Shown here piece by piece: positions 18,319-28,287 of a stretch of 64,000 bases of DNA. Every line of letters begins with the position of its first letter. The stretch's first letter is position 1. The notes beneath the pieces were generated by a model. It was not told the origin of the DNA. It ran no database searches and saw only the letters and a program-made list of their open reading frames with translations. The stretch comes from Nitrospirales bacterium (lineage in GTDB: Bacteria > Nitrospirota > Nitrospiria > Nitrospirales > UBA8639), in contig OZ251550.1 in NCBI GenBank assembly GCA_965243425.1, positions 446,579-510,578 of the forward strand, written 5' to 3'. Position numbers and translations under genes: made by a program.

Positions 18319-19866
18319 ATGACTGTACAACCGACGCCTTCATCTTCGCCCACCTGGACCCGGTTCTGGTTTTTTGTCACGGCCTTTACCACGGGCGCGG
18401 TGGTCATGGCCTTGGAAATTTTGGGAAGCCGTCTCCTCGCGCCGGTCTTCGGGAATTCTTTATTCGTCTGGGGTGCGCTGATCGGCGTGGTGCTTGCCGC
18501 CATGAGCAGCGGGTATGCCACGGGAGGATGGCTGGCGGACCGTCGGTCTCCCGGTGTGATTGTCACGTGGTTGCTGATCGGGTCAGGAGCCTGGACCCTG
18601 CTGCTGGCCGGGTTCTGCCAGCCCATCGTGTTTACGGTTTCCCGCTGGACGACGGATCCTCGATGGGGGCCTTGTCTGGCGGCCGGCGTCCTGCTGGCGG
18701 TGCCGGCCTTTGGTCTCAGCGGCGTGTTACCCACCCTGTTGCGATTGGCGATTGCCGACATGGGACATTTGGGCCGTCATACCGGTGCCATGATTGCGGT
18801 CTCGACCATCGGCAGCCTGGTCGGCACCTGGGGGACGTCGTTTTACCTCCTGACGTGGTTGGGAAGTTTGACCCTGGTCGCGGTGTTGGGCGTCACGTTG
18901 GTGGTCCTGGGATTGGGCTGGCTCTGGTGGTGTCGGCGGGTCAACGCGCCGACTCTGGCTCTGCTGCTCGGGGTGGTCGGCGGCCTGGTCTGGTTGGGAT
19001 TCCATCCTCTGCTGGTTCTCCCGCCGGCGCTTCATGAGGAAGACAGCCCCTATCAGCAAGTGCGCGTGACCGATGAGAAAACCCTCCGCTTTCTGGTGCT
19101 CGATAATACGTTTCACGCAATTATGTGGCACCCGGATCCGGTGAAACTGGCGCTTCCGTACAGCCAAATGATGATGGCCGCGCTGGCCTTGCCCCCGAAC
19201 CCGCAGCGTGGCTTGATCCTGGGACAGGGCGGCGGGTCTCTGGCGAAGTGGTTGGAGCACCATTGGCCGACCCTGGAACTGGACGTGGTGGAAATGGACC
19301 CGTCGGTGGTCGCGGCCGCCGAAGAATTTTTCGAGTACCGCGCCCCGCTCAATCATCACGTCTACGTCCAGGACGCTCGCGTGTTTCTGGCCAACACGGA
19401 CGCCCGATACGACGTTATCTGGGTGGACGTGTTTGCCCGTCATCAAATTCCGTTTCATTTGACCACCACGGAATTTTTTGCCGAGTTGCGGCGGCATCTG
19501 AATCACGCGGGCGTGATTGCCGTAAATCTCGCTTCATCGGATTCCGATTCAGACCGGATCAGAGCCGAAGCCGTGGTCTCCACGATGAAGACCTCGTTTC
19601 CTCACGTGGAGTCGTACAGTATTCCCGGCCCCCCGTGGCTCCGCACCACGCGGGGTTCGGTGAACGTGATCTTCTTTGCCGGTTCCCGTCCTTTACAGAT
19701 GCAGTCCGAGGACGTGACGCTGGCCACAACCGCCTTGCTGAATCAAGGCAAAATGCCCTATGAAGTGCTGGTTTTTCTGAATTCCGCCGAATCTCCGACG
19801 TGGAACCCGGGACTGATCCTGACCGATGATTTTTCTCCGTTCGATATTCTTCAAGGCAGTGGGTAG
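18319..19866 (+). CDS. Membrane-fused spermidine synthase-like (class I methyltransferase fold) protein
   Basis: N-terminal multi-TM domain (ALEILGSRLLAPVFGNSLFVWGALIGVVLAAMSSGY) followed by a spermidine-synthase-like domain (GLILGQGGGSLAKWL...LDVVEMDP...YDVIWVDVF). Confidence 0.75.
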   Translation: MTVQPTPSSSPTWTRFWFFVTAFTTGAVVMALEILGSRLLAPVFGNSLFVWGALIGVVLAAMSSGYATGGWLADRRSPGVIVTWLLIGSGAWTLLLAGFCQPIVFTVSRWTTDPRWGPCLAAGVLLAVPAFGLSGVLPTLLRLAIADMGHLGRHTGAMIAVSTIGSLVGTWGTSFYLLTWLGSLTLVAVLGVTLVVLGLGWLWWCRRVNAPTLALLLGVVGGLVWLGFHPLLVLPPALHEEDSPYQQVRVTDEKTLRFLVLDNTFHAIMWHPDPVKLALPYSQMMMAALALPPNPQRGLILGQGGGSLAKWLEHHWPTLELDVVEMDPSVVAAAEEFFEYRAPLNHHVYVQDARVFLANTDARYDVIWVDVFARHQIPFHLTTTEFFAELRRHLNHAGVIAVNLASSDSDSDRIRAEAVVSTMKTSFPHVESYSIPGPPWLRTTRGSVNVIFFAGSRPLQMQSEDVTLATTALLNQGKMPYEVLVFLNSAESPTWNPGLILTDDFSPFDILQGSG

Positions 19867-19961
19867 CTTCCACTCGGGGCCGGCTTATGTTGACTGGATA
19901 GTTGCCAACCATGCAATATGCCAACGCTTGATTCATCGTACCGTTTATCGTTACAATCTTT

Positions 19962-20243
19962 GTGATTAAGAGCTTTGCTGATAAGCGCAGTGCGGCCGTC
20001 TTCACGGGCTATGCCGTTCGCGGCGTTCCAGAGTATATCCAGCAACGGGCACGGGCGAAGCTTCTAGCCATTGATGCGGCCGGTCGGCTCGACGATCTAC
20101 GGGCACCGCTAGGCAACCGGATGGAAGCCTTGCAGGGCGACCGCCGAGGGCAGCACAGCATTCGCGTCAACAATCAATGGCGTATCTGTTTCGTCTGGCG
20201 CGACGGCGAAGCATGGGAAGTCGAGATCGTCGATTACCATTAA
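19962..20243 (+). CDS. higB: HigB-type toxin (RelE/ParE superfamily, plasmid maintenance killer protein)
   Basis: 93 aa: MIKSFADKRSAAVF...LLAIDAA..LDDLR.PLGNR.EALQGDRRGQHSIRVNNQWRICFVW...VEIVDYH. This is the typical HigB layout, directly upstream of higA. Confidence 0.85.
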   Translation: MIKSFADKRSAAVFTGYAVRGVPEYIQQRARAKLLAIDAAGRLDDLRAPLGNRMEALQGDRRGQHSIRVNNQWRICFVWRDGEAWEVEIVDYH

Positions 20244-20264
20244 ACAAGGAGAAACCGAAGAACC

Positions 20265-20618
20265 ATGATGATCAAACGTGAAGACGTGACTTGGCGGAGG
20301 GTTGACTTTTCGGACGTCGCTTCGGGGCGACGGCTGCCGCCGGTGCATCCCGGTAAAATCCTGCGCGATGAATTTCTGACGCCGATGAAGCTCAGCGTGT
20401 ACCGACTTGCCCAAGCGATCAAGGTGTCGCGACCGCGGGTGAACGACATCGTGCTCGGACGGCGCGCCGTGACGACGGATACCGCGCTACGCTTTGGGCG
20501 CTACTTTGGGACGACCCCGGAGTTCTGGATCAATCTTCAAACCCGTTACGAGCTTGAGGTCGCCGAGCGCACGGTGCGTCGGAAGATTGAGCGGGAGGTT
20601 GGGCCACGCGCCGCGTGA
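20265..20618 (+). CDS. higA: HigA-type antitoxin (XRE HTH)
   Basis: PVHPGKILRDEFLTPMKLSVYRLAQAIKVSRPRVNDIVLGRRAVTTDTALRFGRYFGTTPEFWINLQTRYELE. Lies 21 nt after higB. Confidence 0.88.
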   Translation: MMIKREDVTWRRVDFSDVASGRRLPPVHPGKILRDEFLTPMKLSVYRLAQAIKVSRPRVNDIVLGRRAVTTDTALRFGRYFGTTPEFWINLQTRYELEVAERTVRRKIEREVGPRAA

Positions 20619-20748
20619 CGTTCTTCTTGGCTCCCGCCCACCAGGCCGCAAGCTCTGGGATCAGAGGTTCAGATACGGCCGCGTGAGACGCGGCCCTACG
20701 GGGCGGTAGTCTGCCGGATAAGGCTATCCTTGCTGTAGGGTGTCGGCG

Positions 20749-22236
20749 TCAGGGCCGCTCTCGTTCCAGTTCGGCCACCAGCCTTCTGGCCTGTTCGGTC
20801 AAACGATACTTCTGCTTGCTGCTCGTGGGTTTGTCGGGCATGGTCCGTTCCAGCCAACCATCGTCAAGCAGCGGTTGAAGGTAGTTGGATCGGAAGGTCT
20901 TCCAGTGCTTCAACCCCAGAATATCCATAATTTCCTTCGCTGATCTCGGCTCTTCGCAATACAGGACAACTTGTGCGGTCACTTGTGCGGTCACTTGTGC
21001 GGTCACTTGTGCGGTGAAGTCTTTTATCTTTTCCCTCAATGCCCGTAACCTATTGCTATTATTCGATTTTTTGTCGAAAATTCTTGGTTCGTTGACTTGT
21101 GTGGCATCTTGGTCCCCATCTTGTGCGGTCGGTCGCAGAAAGGTCGTCGTCACCCAATGCTCCGAGACCTCAATCACCGGCTCGGCCACCCCGTGTTCAC
21201 GGCACAACTCGCGAATGCGCCGGATGCCGGACCCGATCTGCTCCACGGCTTCCATTCGGTGCAGAATGCCGAACAAGAGCGGATTACGCGGAATGCTCTT
21301 GAGGCCGAGAGCCGCCTCGGTCATGCCGGCCGGCAGCCCACCCGGGCTGACGACTTCGAGCCGATCCTTAAACAAGTAAACCTGTACGTTAGCGGTGGAG
21401 CGGTAATCGCGATGGGCCAGGGCATTGACGACTGCTTCCCGAATGGCCTCTTCCGGCAGTTCTGATCGCTCCTCTCGCTTTACGTGCTTGATGATGTATT
21501 CCACGTTGATCTTGGAGAGAATCCAGGCCACCACGTCATCAATCATTGAGTACACGTCACGATGAAAGTCTCGCCGGTCAAGGATACGCGCCTTGACTGT
21601 GCCCATGAACAGACCGCAAGACACGTGGGCGCTGATGTTGAATTTGCGAATGTCCCGTGCCAACAACCACGCGCCCGCGTGAGTCATCCGGCCATCTTCT
21701 CCGATCAGGTGCAGATTGCGCAGCGCGGTCGACGGCTCCATATCGGCGGGAATTTTCGCTCGGCGCTGAAACGGGGACCAGTTGTCCTTATTCAGGTCCC
21801 GCTCCAATGAGAATTTGTCGCAGACGGTTTCGTCGAAGCGAATCAGCCCTTCCTTGTAGAAGAATTCCCGAATCTCTTCCCGCGACATCTGCTGACTGTT
21901 CGCCCCCTCGCGGATAAAGAATTTTCCGCCGAACGAATAAGGCTTGCTGTATTGCACGGGCACGGTCACGCAAAGCACTTCGTCCACGCTTTCGATCTCT
22001 ACTGCGATGGCCGGTTCGGCACTACGAGCGATGGACTGGACTTCGGATTTTAATCGATTATGGTCGGGAACCCCGCAGACTTCTCCATCATCGCCCATAC
22101 CAATCACAATGACCCCGCCGGTGGCATTGGCAAAAGCGCAGATCTCCCGTCCGAGCCCTGATGCACCGGAACGCTTGAATTCGGTGGTAAACCCTTCGCC
22201 GAGGGCAATCAGATTGGAAAGGGCCTTTTTATTCAT
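20749..22236 (-). CDS. AlbA_2 (Schlafen-like) DNA-binding + HATPase_c_4-like + C-terminal wHTH protein (often mis-annotated as RecG-like)
   Basis: The N-terminus (LGEGFTTEFKRSGASGLGREICAFANATGGVIVIGMGDDGEV) is the AlbA_2 pattern. The central region has EAVVNALAHRDY. The protein contains an in-frame (TAQV)x4 tandem. Confidence 0.7.
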   Translation of the reverse strand: MNKKALSNLIALGEGFTTEFKRSGASGLGREICAFANATGGVIVIGMGDDGEVCGVPDHNRLKSEVQSIARSAEPAIAVEIESVDEVLCVTVPVQYSKPYSFGGKFFIREGANSQQMSREEIREFFYKEGLIRFDETVCDKFSLERDLNKDNWSPFQRRAKIPADMEPSTALRNLHLIGEDGRMTHAGAWLLARDIRKFNISAHVSCGLFMGTVKARILDRRDFHRDVYSMIDDVVAWILSKINVEYIIKHVKREERSELPEEAIREAVVNALAHRDYRSTANVQVYLFKDRLEVVSPGGLPAGMTEAALGLKSIPRNPLLFGILHRMEAVEQIGSGIRRIRELCREHGVAEPVIEVSEHWVTTTFLRPTAQDGDQDATQVNEPRIFDKKSNNSNRLRALREKIKDFTAQVTAQVTAQVTAQVVLYCEEPRSAKEIMDILGLKHWKTFRSNYLQPLLDDGWLERTMPDKPTSSKQKYRLTEQARRLVAELERERP

Positions 22237-22284
22237 CGCATTGCTCAGGGGGACGGACCTCTAACTGGGCAAGCCTGTACTCTG

Positions 22285-23130
22285 CTACAGGCTGAACTGG
22301 CGAATGATCGCCAAGCGCATGAGGCCGAGCTTGTTCTCGACGTTGTAGGAGACGGGCCTTCGGGGAGAGCCGGCCCCGCAGCAGCGGTCGTCGCCGGAGC
22401 GGTTCGCGTCATGGGTACTTGCTCCGAAGTCCAGGTACGAGCCTTCGAGCCGCAACGTCCACGCGTCGTTCAGGGACGTTTCGATCCCGACCCCGATCAC
22501 CCAACCGATTTCCGTTGAGCCGTCGTGAAAGGAATCGTCGGGGTCCTTCCGCTGGGCAGCCCTGCCGTTGGGCAGCAACACCCATTCGCCGTTCTGATCC
22601 CTGTAGGCGTCGAGGTCGGTCAGCGAATTGTCAATGCCGGCGGTCGCCAAGCCGCCGGAGACGAAAACCGTCGCGGGGCCGATGGCCTGCTCAACTCCGG
22701 CGCGCGCCGTCGCGATCCATCGAAACTCCGATTCCACGGTCTCGTCCGGCGGCTGGAACCTGGGATCGATCCGGGTCGTCTTCGCCGACAGGTCGCCGAA
22801 CGTGCCGTCAAGTTCGATCCTGAAGGGCACGCCGCCGAGTTCAAATTTCTTCCCGATCAATGCCCCGCCGATGACCCCGGAGTCGTGATAATCAACGGCC
22901 CAGCCTGAATGGCCCGAGTTCGAGAAGCCGTCGGTATCGACGACTCGGCCGTCCGGACGGCCGAAGCCGCTGAACACGCCCGCGTAGGTTTCCGCCCAAT
23001 GGAAGACGGCGTCATCGCTTCCGGCCCTCGCGGGACCGCCGTGTGCAAGCCCCACAAGAACCGCCAAGGTCACGGCCGTATGACGCCACGCGGAGCCACG
23101 CTCGGAAGCCGGTCGGGGGTCCTCTTGCAT
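22285..23130 (-). CDS. Outer-membrane beta-barrel protein
   Basis: ATG at 23130 preceded by GGAAAGGAG. Signal peptide (VTLAVLVGLAHGGPARA), then Gly/aromatic-rich alternating strands to the C-terminus. Confidence 0.6.
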   Translation of the reverse strand: MQEDPRPASERGSAWRHTAVTLAVLVGLAHGGPARAGSDDAVFHWAETYAGVFSGFGRPDGRVVDTDGFSNSGHSGWAVDYHDSGVIGGALIGKKFELGGVPFRIELDGTFGDLSAKTTRIDPRFQPPDETVESEFRWIATARAGVEQAIGPATVFVSGGLATAGIDNSLTDLDAYRDQNGEWVLLPNGRAAQRKDPDDSFHDGSTEIGWVIGVGIETSLNDAWTLRLEGSYLDFGASTHDANRSGDDRCCGAGSPRRPVSYNVENKLGLMRLAIIRQFSL

Positions 23131-23424
23131 GGTGATCTCCTTTCCGTCTCGTTTCCCCGACGAGAACCGTGGGACGCCCACTCTATCCCATCCTCCTCAG
23201 ACGATGACGACGGCGTGATGGGACGGCGTTCATGGGAGGCATTTCATCGCGTGAAGTCCGCGGCACATGATACACAAACGCCCCCGTTGCGACAAAACCG
23301 CGGGATAACCTTCGGAGGCCGGCCTACCCTGCCACGCGCCGCCCAGGCATGGCCGACGGGTCATCGTCTCTGGTCAACGTCGTTCTTCTTTTTGATCCTG
23401 CCCGTTTTCTGTTATCATTCACGG

Positions 23425-24033
23425 ATGGAACGCACCGACGCAGCCTCCCTCGCCCCCCGGGAGAGGGCCGGGGTGAGGGCCCCCAATGACGCCTTCCGGA
23501 TTCACCGGCTGACCCGCGTAGGGGAACGCCTCGCCCGCCGTGCAGGGAAGACATTCCGGGTTTGGGTCTGGACCGCCGTCGCAGTCGCGGCACTGACGGC
23601 CTGTACCCGGCCCCCAGGCACCTGCTGGACAGCCGAACGATACGAACGCGAGGCGGCCGAAAACCCGAAACTCGTCGGAGTCCGGCCGGGCCGCTACCCC
23701 GGGGAGATCGTCGTAGAAAACCCCGAGAACCTTTGGGTGGACGCCCGATTTACGGGTAAGCAGTGCGAAACGCACATCATAGAGGAGGGCACCGGCGTCT
23801 TCGCGAAAGTGAGTTTCCTCCAAGAGCGCGTGGAACTGAAGGTGCCGCTCAGCACCAGGGACTTCTATCTGGGACGAGTCGATCAAGATCACATGCTGGT
23901 GGTCCAGCAAATTCCGGGAGGCGCAGTCGCAAGCGTGGTTGGATTCGACAAACACGGCATCATGAACTACCAGGATTGCAGCCCGCGCGGAGCCCCGTAC
24001 CGGGAGTGCCACGGCTCCAGAAACCCGGAATGA
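23425..24033 (+). CDS. Hypothetical protein, possible lipoprotein
   Basis: ORF with a lipobox-like AVAALTAC after a basic N-terminus. The start is uncertain because the N-terminal codons run through a palindromic repeat copy (PRERAGVRAP). I recognise no family. Confidence 0.4.
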   Translation: MERTDAASLAPRERAGVRAPNDAFRIHRLTRVGERLARRAGKTFRVWVWTAVAVAALTACTRPPGTCWTAERYEREAAENPKLVGVRPGRYPGEIVVENPENLWVDARFTGKQCETHIIEEGTGVFAKVSFLQERVELKVPLSTRDFYLGRVDQDHMLVVQQIPGGAVASVVGFDKHGIMNYQDCSPRGAPYRECHGSRNPE

Positions 24034-24159
24034 GGGTAGACGGCATCCCGAAGCAGATTGACGGGAGCCAATGATGAGAGGCATCGTTCGAGATGCTCAA
24101 TCCATACCGACGTATCAATCAGAATCATCGGCGAAACGACGGCGGGAAATGGTGTCCGG

Positions 24160-24563
24160 TTAAGGATGGAACAAAATCAGTTGGTTACGGAGGGCAGGGG
24201 AGGGTGGAAGGGGGGTTGATTCTGCACCCAGTTGATTCAGGTGGATTTTCTCGAAAGCGGAGACGGACAGGATCTGGAAGAGGGTATGCAGGGAGAGGGG
24301 GAGACGTTTTTTGACGATGGCGATGAGCACGGCGATGGCGGTCAGGATCTGGGGTTTGACGGCGTTCTGGGAAGTGCCGAAGAAGCGTTGTTGACATCGT
24401 GCAACTTGCTATCGGAGATGTGGATAAAGCGGGGGATGGCTCCGCGCAGGTCAAGCAAGGTATGCAACTTGATGGCGGCCTTGGTGGAGTGAAACGTGGT
24501 CCAGGGCAACCCCGACAGGCCCAGGTCGATAGTCGTGGCATCAAGGGCATCACCGGTGTTCAA
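24160..24563 (-). pseudogene. IS4-family transposase remnant with internal deletion
   Basis: One piece reads DATTIDLGLSGLPWTTFHSTKAAIKLHTLLDLRGAIPRFIHISDSKLHDVN. It is joined out of frame to the C-terminal piece FFGTSQNAVKPQILTAIAVLIAIVKKRLPLSLHTLFQILSVSAFEKIHLNQL (my translation of 24384 downward). The N-terminus and catalytic middle are missing. Confidence 0.75.
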
Positions 24564-24593
24564 CCCCTCCAGGCCCAGGGAAACGTTTCACGT

Positions 24594-24839
24594 TCATTTT
24601 TCCCAACCGCGTTTCCACGAATCTCGAAGCCTTCTTTGCAAAGCGACTGGGTCATCCACGTCTCGAAATGTCCGAATCTTACCGGCGAAATCCGACAGGC
24701 GGTTTGCACCCTTCGCTTTCTCGTATTTTTCTTCTCGCAAATGGACCGAAACACGAGCCTTTCGGACAAATGCCTCTTGAAAATCAGGCGGCAGTTTGCC
24801 ATCGGCGGCAATGACGATTTCTTTTTCAATCAATTTCAT
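24594..24839 (-). CDS. Small hypothetical protein, antitoxin-like
   Basis: 81 aa starting at the ATG at 24839, preceded by GGAGGAGGAACGAAT. The C-terminal ...DVDDPVALQRRLRDSWKRGWEK resembles tails of AbrB/VapB-type antitoxins. There is no partner toxin next to it. Confidence 0.35.
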   Translation of the reverse strand: MKLIEKEIVIAADGKLPPDFQEAFVRKARVSVHLREEKYEKAKGANRLSDFAGKIRTFRDVDDPVALQRRLRDSWKRGWEK

Positions 24840-25437
24840 ATTCGTTCCTCCTCCCGCGAGACGGGTACGAAATTGCACGCCACCTCGCCACATTTGCATT
24901 GTCGCCAGTCGTATCCCGCTCGTGGCGAGACTCACGACGCCTTTGACAATAGCTGAAACTCAGGTGAGGACATTGGATGGTCGTCCCTCGGCCACTGACC
25001 GATCAATTCGATCAAGACGCGCTGATTGGAGGGCGCTGGGATCGGATTGACCCTCAGCACCTCCGCAACGGTAATGAGGAGCGCGAGCTCTCGCCTCAAC
25101 GAGATCGCCGACTAAGTAGCAGGGTGCCCAGCCAATCATGTCATCGTCCTCTGTGTGAATCCAGTATTGACCAAAATTCTCGCTCCTTCTCCTATCGTCT
25201 CTCATTCTTTCTTGAGACCTTTGCAACAATTTCTTCTTTGTTATCCTTCGGCAGGTCCTTCGAGGCTCAGGGAAACTTCGGCATGACGTTTTGCTGACAT
25301 TTGGCAAAGGTCTCTTTTGCAGGGGAAGCCGATACTTCTGATTCTTCGCCGTGGGTGATTCAGGGGAGCTTATCCACCATTTGTTCCGTAGCGGTCTTCG
25401 GATTTTTTCGCAAGAAGGCATTCGGCACGGACGGACG

Positions 25438-27177
25438 TTACCGGGTGCCTTCGACGCGGATCGTGACGACGTCGATGTCGTGATACTGCTGGTGGCGCAC
25501 GGACGACGCGAAGTGGCGGAGCAGGCGGAGCGAGAGTTCGCGTTCGCCCGGGGCCTCGGTTTGCCCGTCCAGCAACACCATCCGATCTTCCAGGTTCTGT
25601 TCGCCGATGGCCGCGATGAATTCCAATTCCGCGGCACCGTGGTCGCTGCGCGCGGTGACGTGCAGGCACCGCTTCCCACCCGTGGCTTCGTCTTCCCGTC
25701 GGAGGAGGCTCAACAGCGTTTCTTCTCCGGCCGAGCACAGTCGCTCCGTGGACTCGGCGTTCCAACCCAGACGTGCGGCAAGGGCGCGCAGGAAGGCCTC
25801 AAGTTTCGGCAGGACGGCCACGTTCAACTTCACGTCGATTCGCTGACGCCGCGGCCCGGTCAACTCCAGGAACGCGGTCAGCACAATCGCAACGAGACCG
25901 CCGGCCGTCATGCCGTTGCCGAGCAGCCCGCCCCATGTTTCGCCAAGTTGATCCGCGAAGATCATGTTGTTTTGAAAGCCCAGTCCGATCCAGAACGCCA
26001 ACCCCGCGATCAGAGCCTTGCGATAGTCAATGCCGTCCTGGACGACGAGTTTCATGCCCTGAATGAAGAGCAGGGCCAGCAGCACCATCACGTAGGCAGC
26101 GACCACGGGGCCCGGAACGGCGAGCAAGACCGCCGTGACTTTGGGCAGGAACGCCAGCACCAGAAAGACGACGCCGAGATAGATGCCAACGCGTCGTGCG
26201 CCAACCCCGGTCAGTTCGGCGAGCGGGATGCTTGATGAATACGTGGTATTGGGCACGGTGCCGGCGAGTCCGGAGAGCAGATTGCCCAAACCGTCGGCGT
26301 TGACCGCGCCCTGCACGGTGCGAAAATCGACCGCTCGGGGGGTACGCCAGGACACGCGCTGAATCGCGACGGCGTCGCCGATGGTCTCGATGGCACCCAC
26401 CAGGGTGACGAACACGAACGCCGGCAAGAGCACCCAGAAGCGCGCGTCGAACCGGACGTCGAACCCGGGCCAGGCGTTTGTCGGCAAGCCGACCCAGGCC
26501 GCGTCGGTCACGCGGTCGACGTCGTAGAGTCCGAACAGCGAGCCAACGACGCAACCCGCGCCGATTCCGATCATCGGCGCCCACAGCCGCCACGCACCCG
26601 AGGCACGCAACGCGAGGGCCGCAATGACGCCCACGGTCGCCGTCGCACACGCCGGGGCCGCGGACGCGGTCGTGCCGTCGGGCACATCCGTCAACATGCG
26701 GAAGACCACGGGCATGATGGTAACGGCAATCAGCGCGATGACCGTACCGGACACGACCGGCGTGATGATGCGCCGCAGCAGGGAGAGCCGCGCAGCCAGC
26801 CCGAATTGAAAGAGTGATGACGCAACAATCAGCGTGGCCAGCAACGCCGGTCCGCCCTCCGTGAGCGCGGTGACGCAGACCGCGATGAAGGCGCCGGACG
26901 TGCCCATGATGAGCACGTGTCCGGCGCCGACGCGCCCGATTCGCACGGCTTGCAGGATGCTGCTTACCCCGCTGATGACCACGGCTGTAAAAATCGCCCA
27001 CGACAAATAGGTCTCACTCTGATCCGCTGCCCGAATCACAATGGCCGGCGTCAACACCACGCCCGCCAGGACAAGCATCGCAGCTTGAAACCCAAGACCG
27101 AGGGAGAGGACATGCGGCGGACGTTCGTCGGGTTCGTAGCGAACGTCGTGCGCGTTGCGGATGGTGTCTGATTCCAT
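25438..27177 (-). CDS. NCS2 (xanthine/uracil/vitamin C) family permease with about 130-aa C-terminal soluble extension
   Basis: The N-terminal 440 aa are polytopic with NCS2-like blocks (LGLGFQAAMLVLAGVVLTPAIV, IMGTSGAFIAV, TTYSSSIPLAELTGV). The tail (RLCSAGEETLLSLL...LHVTARSDHGAAELEFIA...DIDVVTIRVEG) is non-membrane. Confidence 0.75.
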   Translation of the reverse strand: MESDTIRNAHDVRYEPDERPPHVLSLGLGFQAAMLVLAGVVLTPAIVIRAADQSETYLSWAIFTAVVISGVSSILQAVRIGRVGAGHVLIMGTSGAFIAVCVTALTEGGPALLATLIVASSLFQFGLAARLSLLRRIITPVVSGTVIALIAVTIMPVVFRMLTDVPDGTTASAAPACATATVGVIAALALRASGAWRLWAPMIGIGAGCVVGSLFGLYDVDRVTDAAWVGLPTNAWPGFDVRFDARFWVLLPAFVFVTLVGAIETIGDAVAIQRVSWRTPRAVDFRTVQGAVNADGLGNLLSGLAGTVPNTTYSSSIPLAELTGVGARRVGIYLGVVFLVLAFLPKVTAVLLAVPGPVVAAYVMVLLALLFIQGMKLVVQDGIDYRKALIAGLAFWIGLGFQNNMIFADQLGETWGGLLGNGMTAGGLVAIVLTAFLELTGPRRQRIDVKLNVAVLPKLEAFLRALAARLGWNAESTERLCSAGEETLLSLLRREDEATGGKRCLHVTARSDHGAAELEFIAAIGEQNLEDRMVLLDGQTEAPGERELSLRLLRHFASSVRHQQYHDIDVVTIRVEGTR

Positions 27178-27231
27178 GCTTTCAGGCTTTCTTAGCTTTT
27201 CCCTCTCCCATGGTGAACCCTTTGCAAAACG

Positions 27232-27591
27232 TCATCCTGAGGGGAGCATCAGGATGAGGACGCATTGTACGGCACTAAAAAGCGTTCGCCATCGAAGTGG
27301 ATGATAAACCGCTTTCAGGCTGTTGACTGGTCTGTCCGGCACGTCCGGGTTGTAAAGAGCCATTCCGGCATCCACGAACTGACGGAGAGTCTGCCGCCGA
27401 AACGTTTCTCGTGTGTTCGGCGCATACTCTTTGTGATCGTGTTTCCTTACCCAATCCATAATCGGTGTCATGCCCATGAGAGGGGTTTCCGCCTTGGCCC
27501 ATTTCTTACGAGGCGCCAAATTCAGCAACGCCAGCAGACGTAGCGCGGAACGCTCATTGAGTCGGTTCATGGCGGCGCATGGCCCACTCAC
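27232..27591 (-). pseudogene. Fragment resembling the N-terminal domain of a BsuBI/PstI-type restriction endonuclease
   Basis: NERSALRLLALLNLAPRKKWAKAE...IMDWVRKHDHKEYAPNTRETFRRQTLRQFVDAGMALYNPDVPDRPVNSLKAVY matches my recollection of that N-domain. It then stops after about 119 aa, with no catalytic domain. Confidence 0.4.
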
Positions 27592-27734
27592 CCAGAGTCA
27601 TGAGAGCTTCCCTGTTTGGGTACGTTATGAGCCTGAGGTCGGTCACATTGACCTGCGTATGGCCGTTGAAACTCGGCAGATCACGCACGGCATCGTGACC
27701 TGATTTCGGGAAAACCATGACAGCCCGACGGTGT

Positions 27735-28061
27735 TCAGTCGGCTTGGGCGGGCCAGAATTTATAGCGGATTTGCGGGAGTTGTTTGCCCTCGAAGTTTGG
27801 AATGTCGTACAGGCATCGGTCGATGGTGGCGACTTCTTCCTTGGTAAATTCAAACACCTTCGAGGTTTTCCAGAATTTATCGAAGGTGAAATAGTCCCCT
27901 TTTTCCGGTTTTTCCGCCAGGCAGGCTTGCATCTGTTTGAAGCCCGCGGTATCGACGCCGGAAATGCGGCCGTTATTTTTGTCCACGCACCATTTCAATA
28001 TTTCGGCGACGCCGTACATGGTGAGTTCAACTTTGACTTTCTCCGAACGTGGTTCTGACAT
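27735..28061 (-). CDS. Hypothetical protein (108 aa)
   Basis: ATG at 28061 preceded by GAGGAGGAACCA. Coding-looking, acidic/lysine-rich. I recognise no family. Confidence 0.45.
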   Translation of the reverse strand: MSEPRSEKVKVELTMYGVAEILKWCVDKNNGRISGVDTAGFKQMQACLAEKPEKGDYFTFDKFWKTSKVFEFTKEEVATIDRCLYDIPNFEGKQLPQIRYKFWPAQAD

Positions 28062-28287
28062 TGGTTCCTCCTCTGGTGAAACGTACTCTATAGCATATTT
28101 CTCAAAAACTCTTCTAGTCATTTGAGCCAGAAATTCACGAATCACGTCTCGGCGGAGCCGCAATCGGGTGGCCGTGCTCCGAGGCCGTGCAGCAGTTCAG
28201 GAGATTACCCGTTGTTTCGTCAGGCCAAAACCCTGTATGCTTTTCCTTTTTCATTTTGCCGGCGACGGCCAAGTGAGACGGGGAGTC

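Noticed and set aside
24960-25679. 239-aa ORF (-) and small ORFs in 24960-25437, including a segment (FGQYWIHTEDDD) that vaguely recalled Uma2-type endonuclease C-termini
   Set aside because: The long ORF overlaps the 3' end of the permease gene in another frame and is low-complexity. The short pieces are scattered over three frames, with too little similarity to name. The region is left unannotated as probable decayed sequence.
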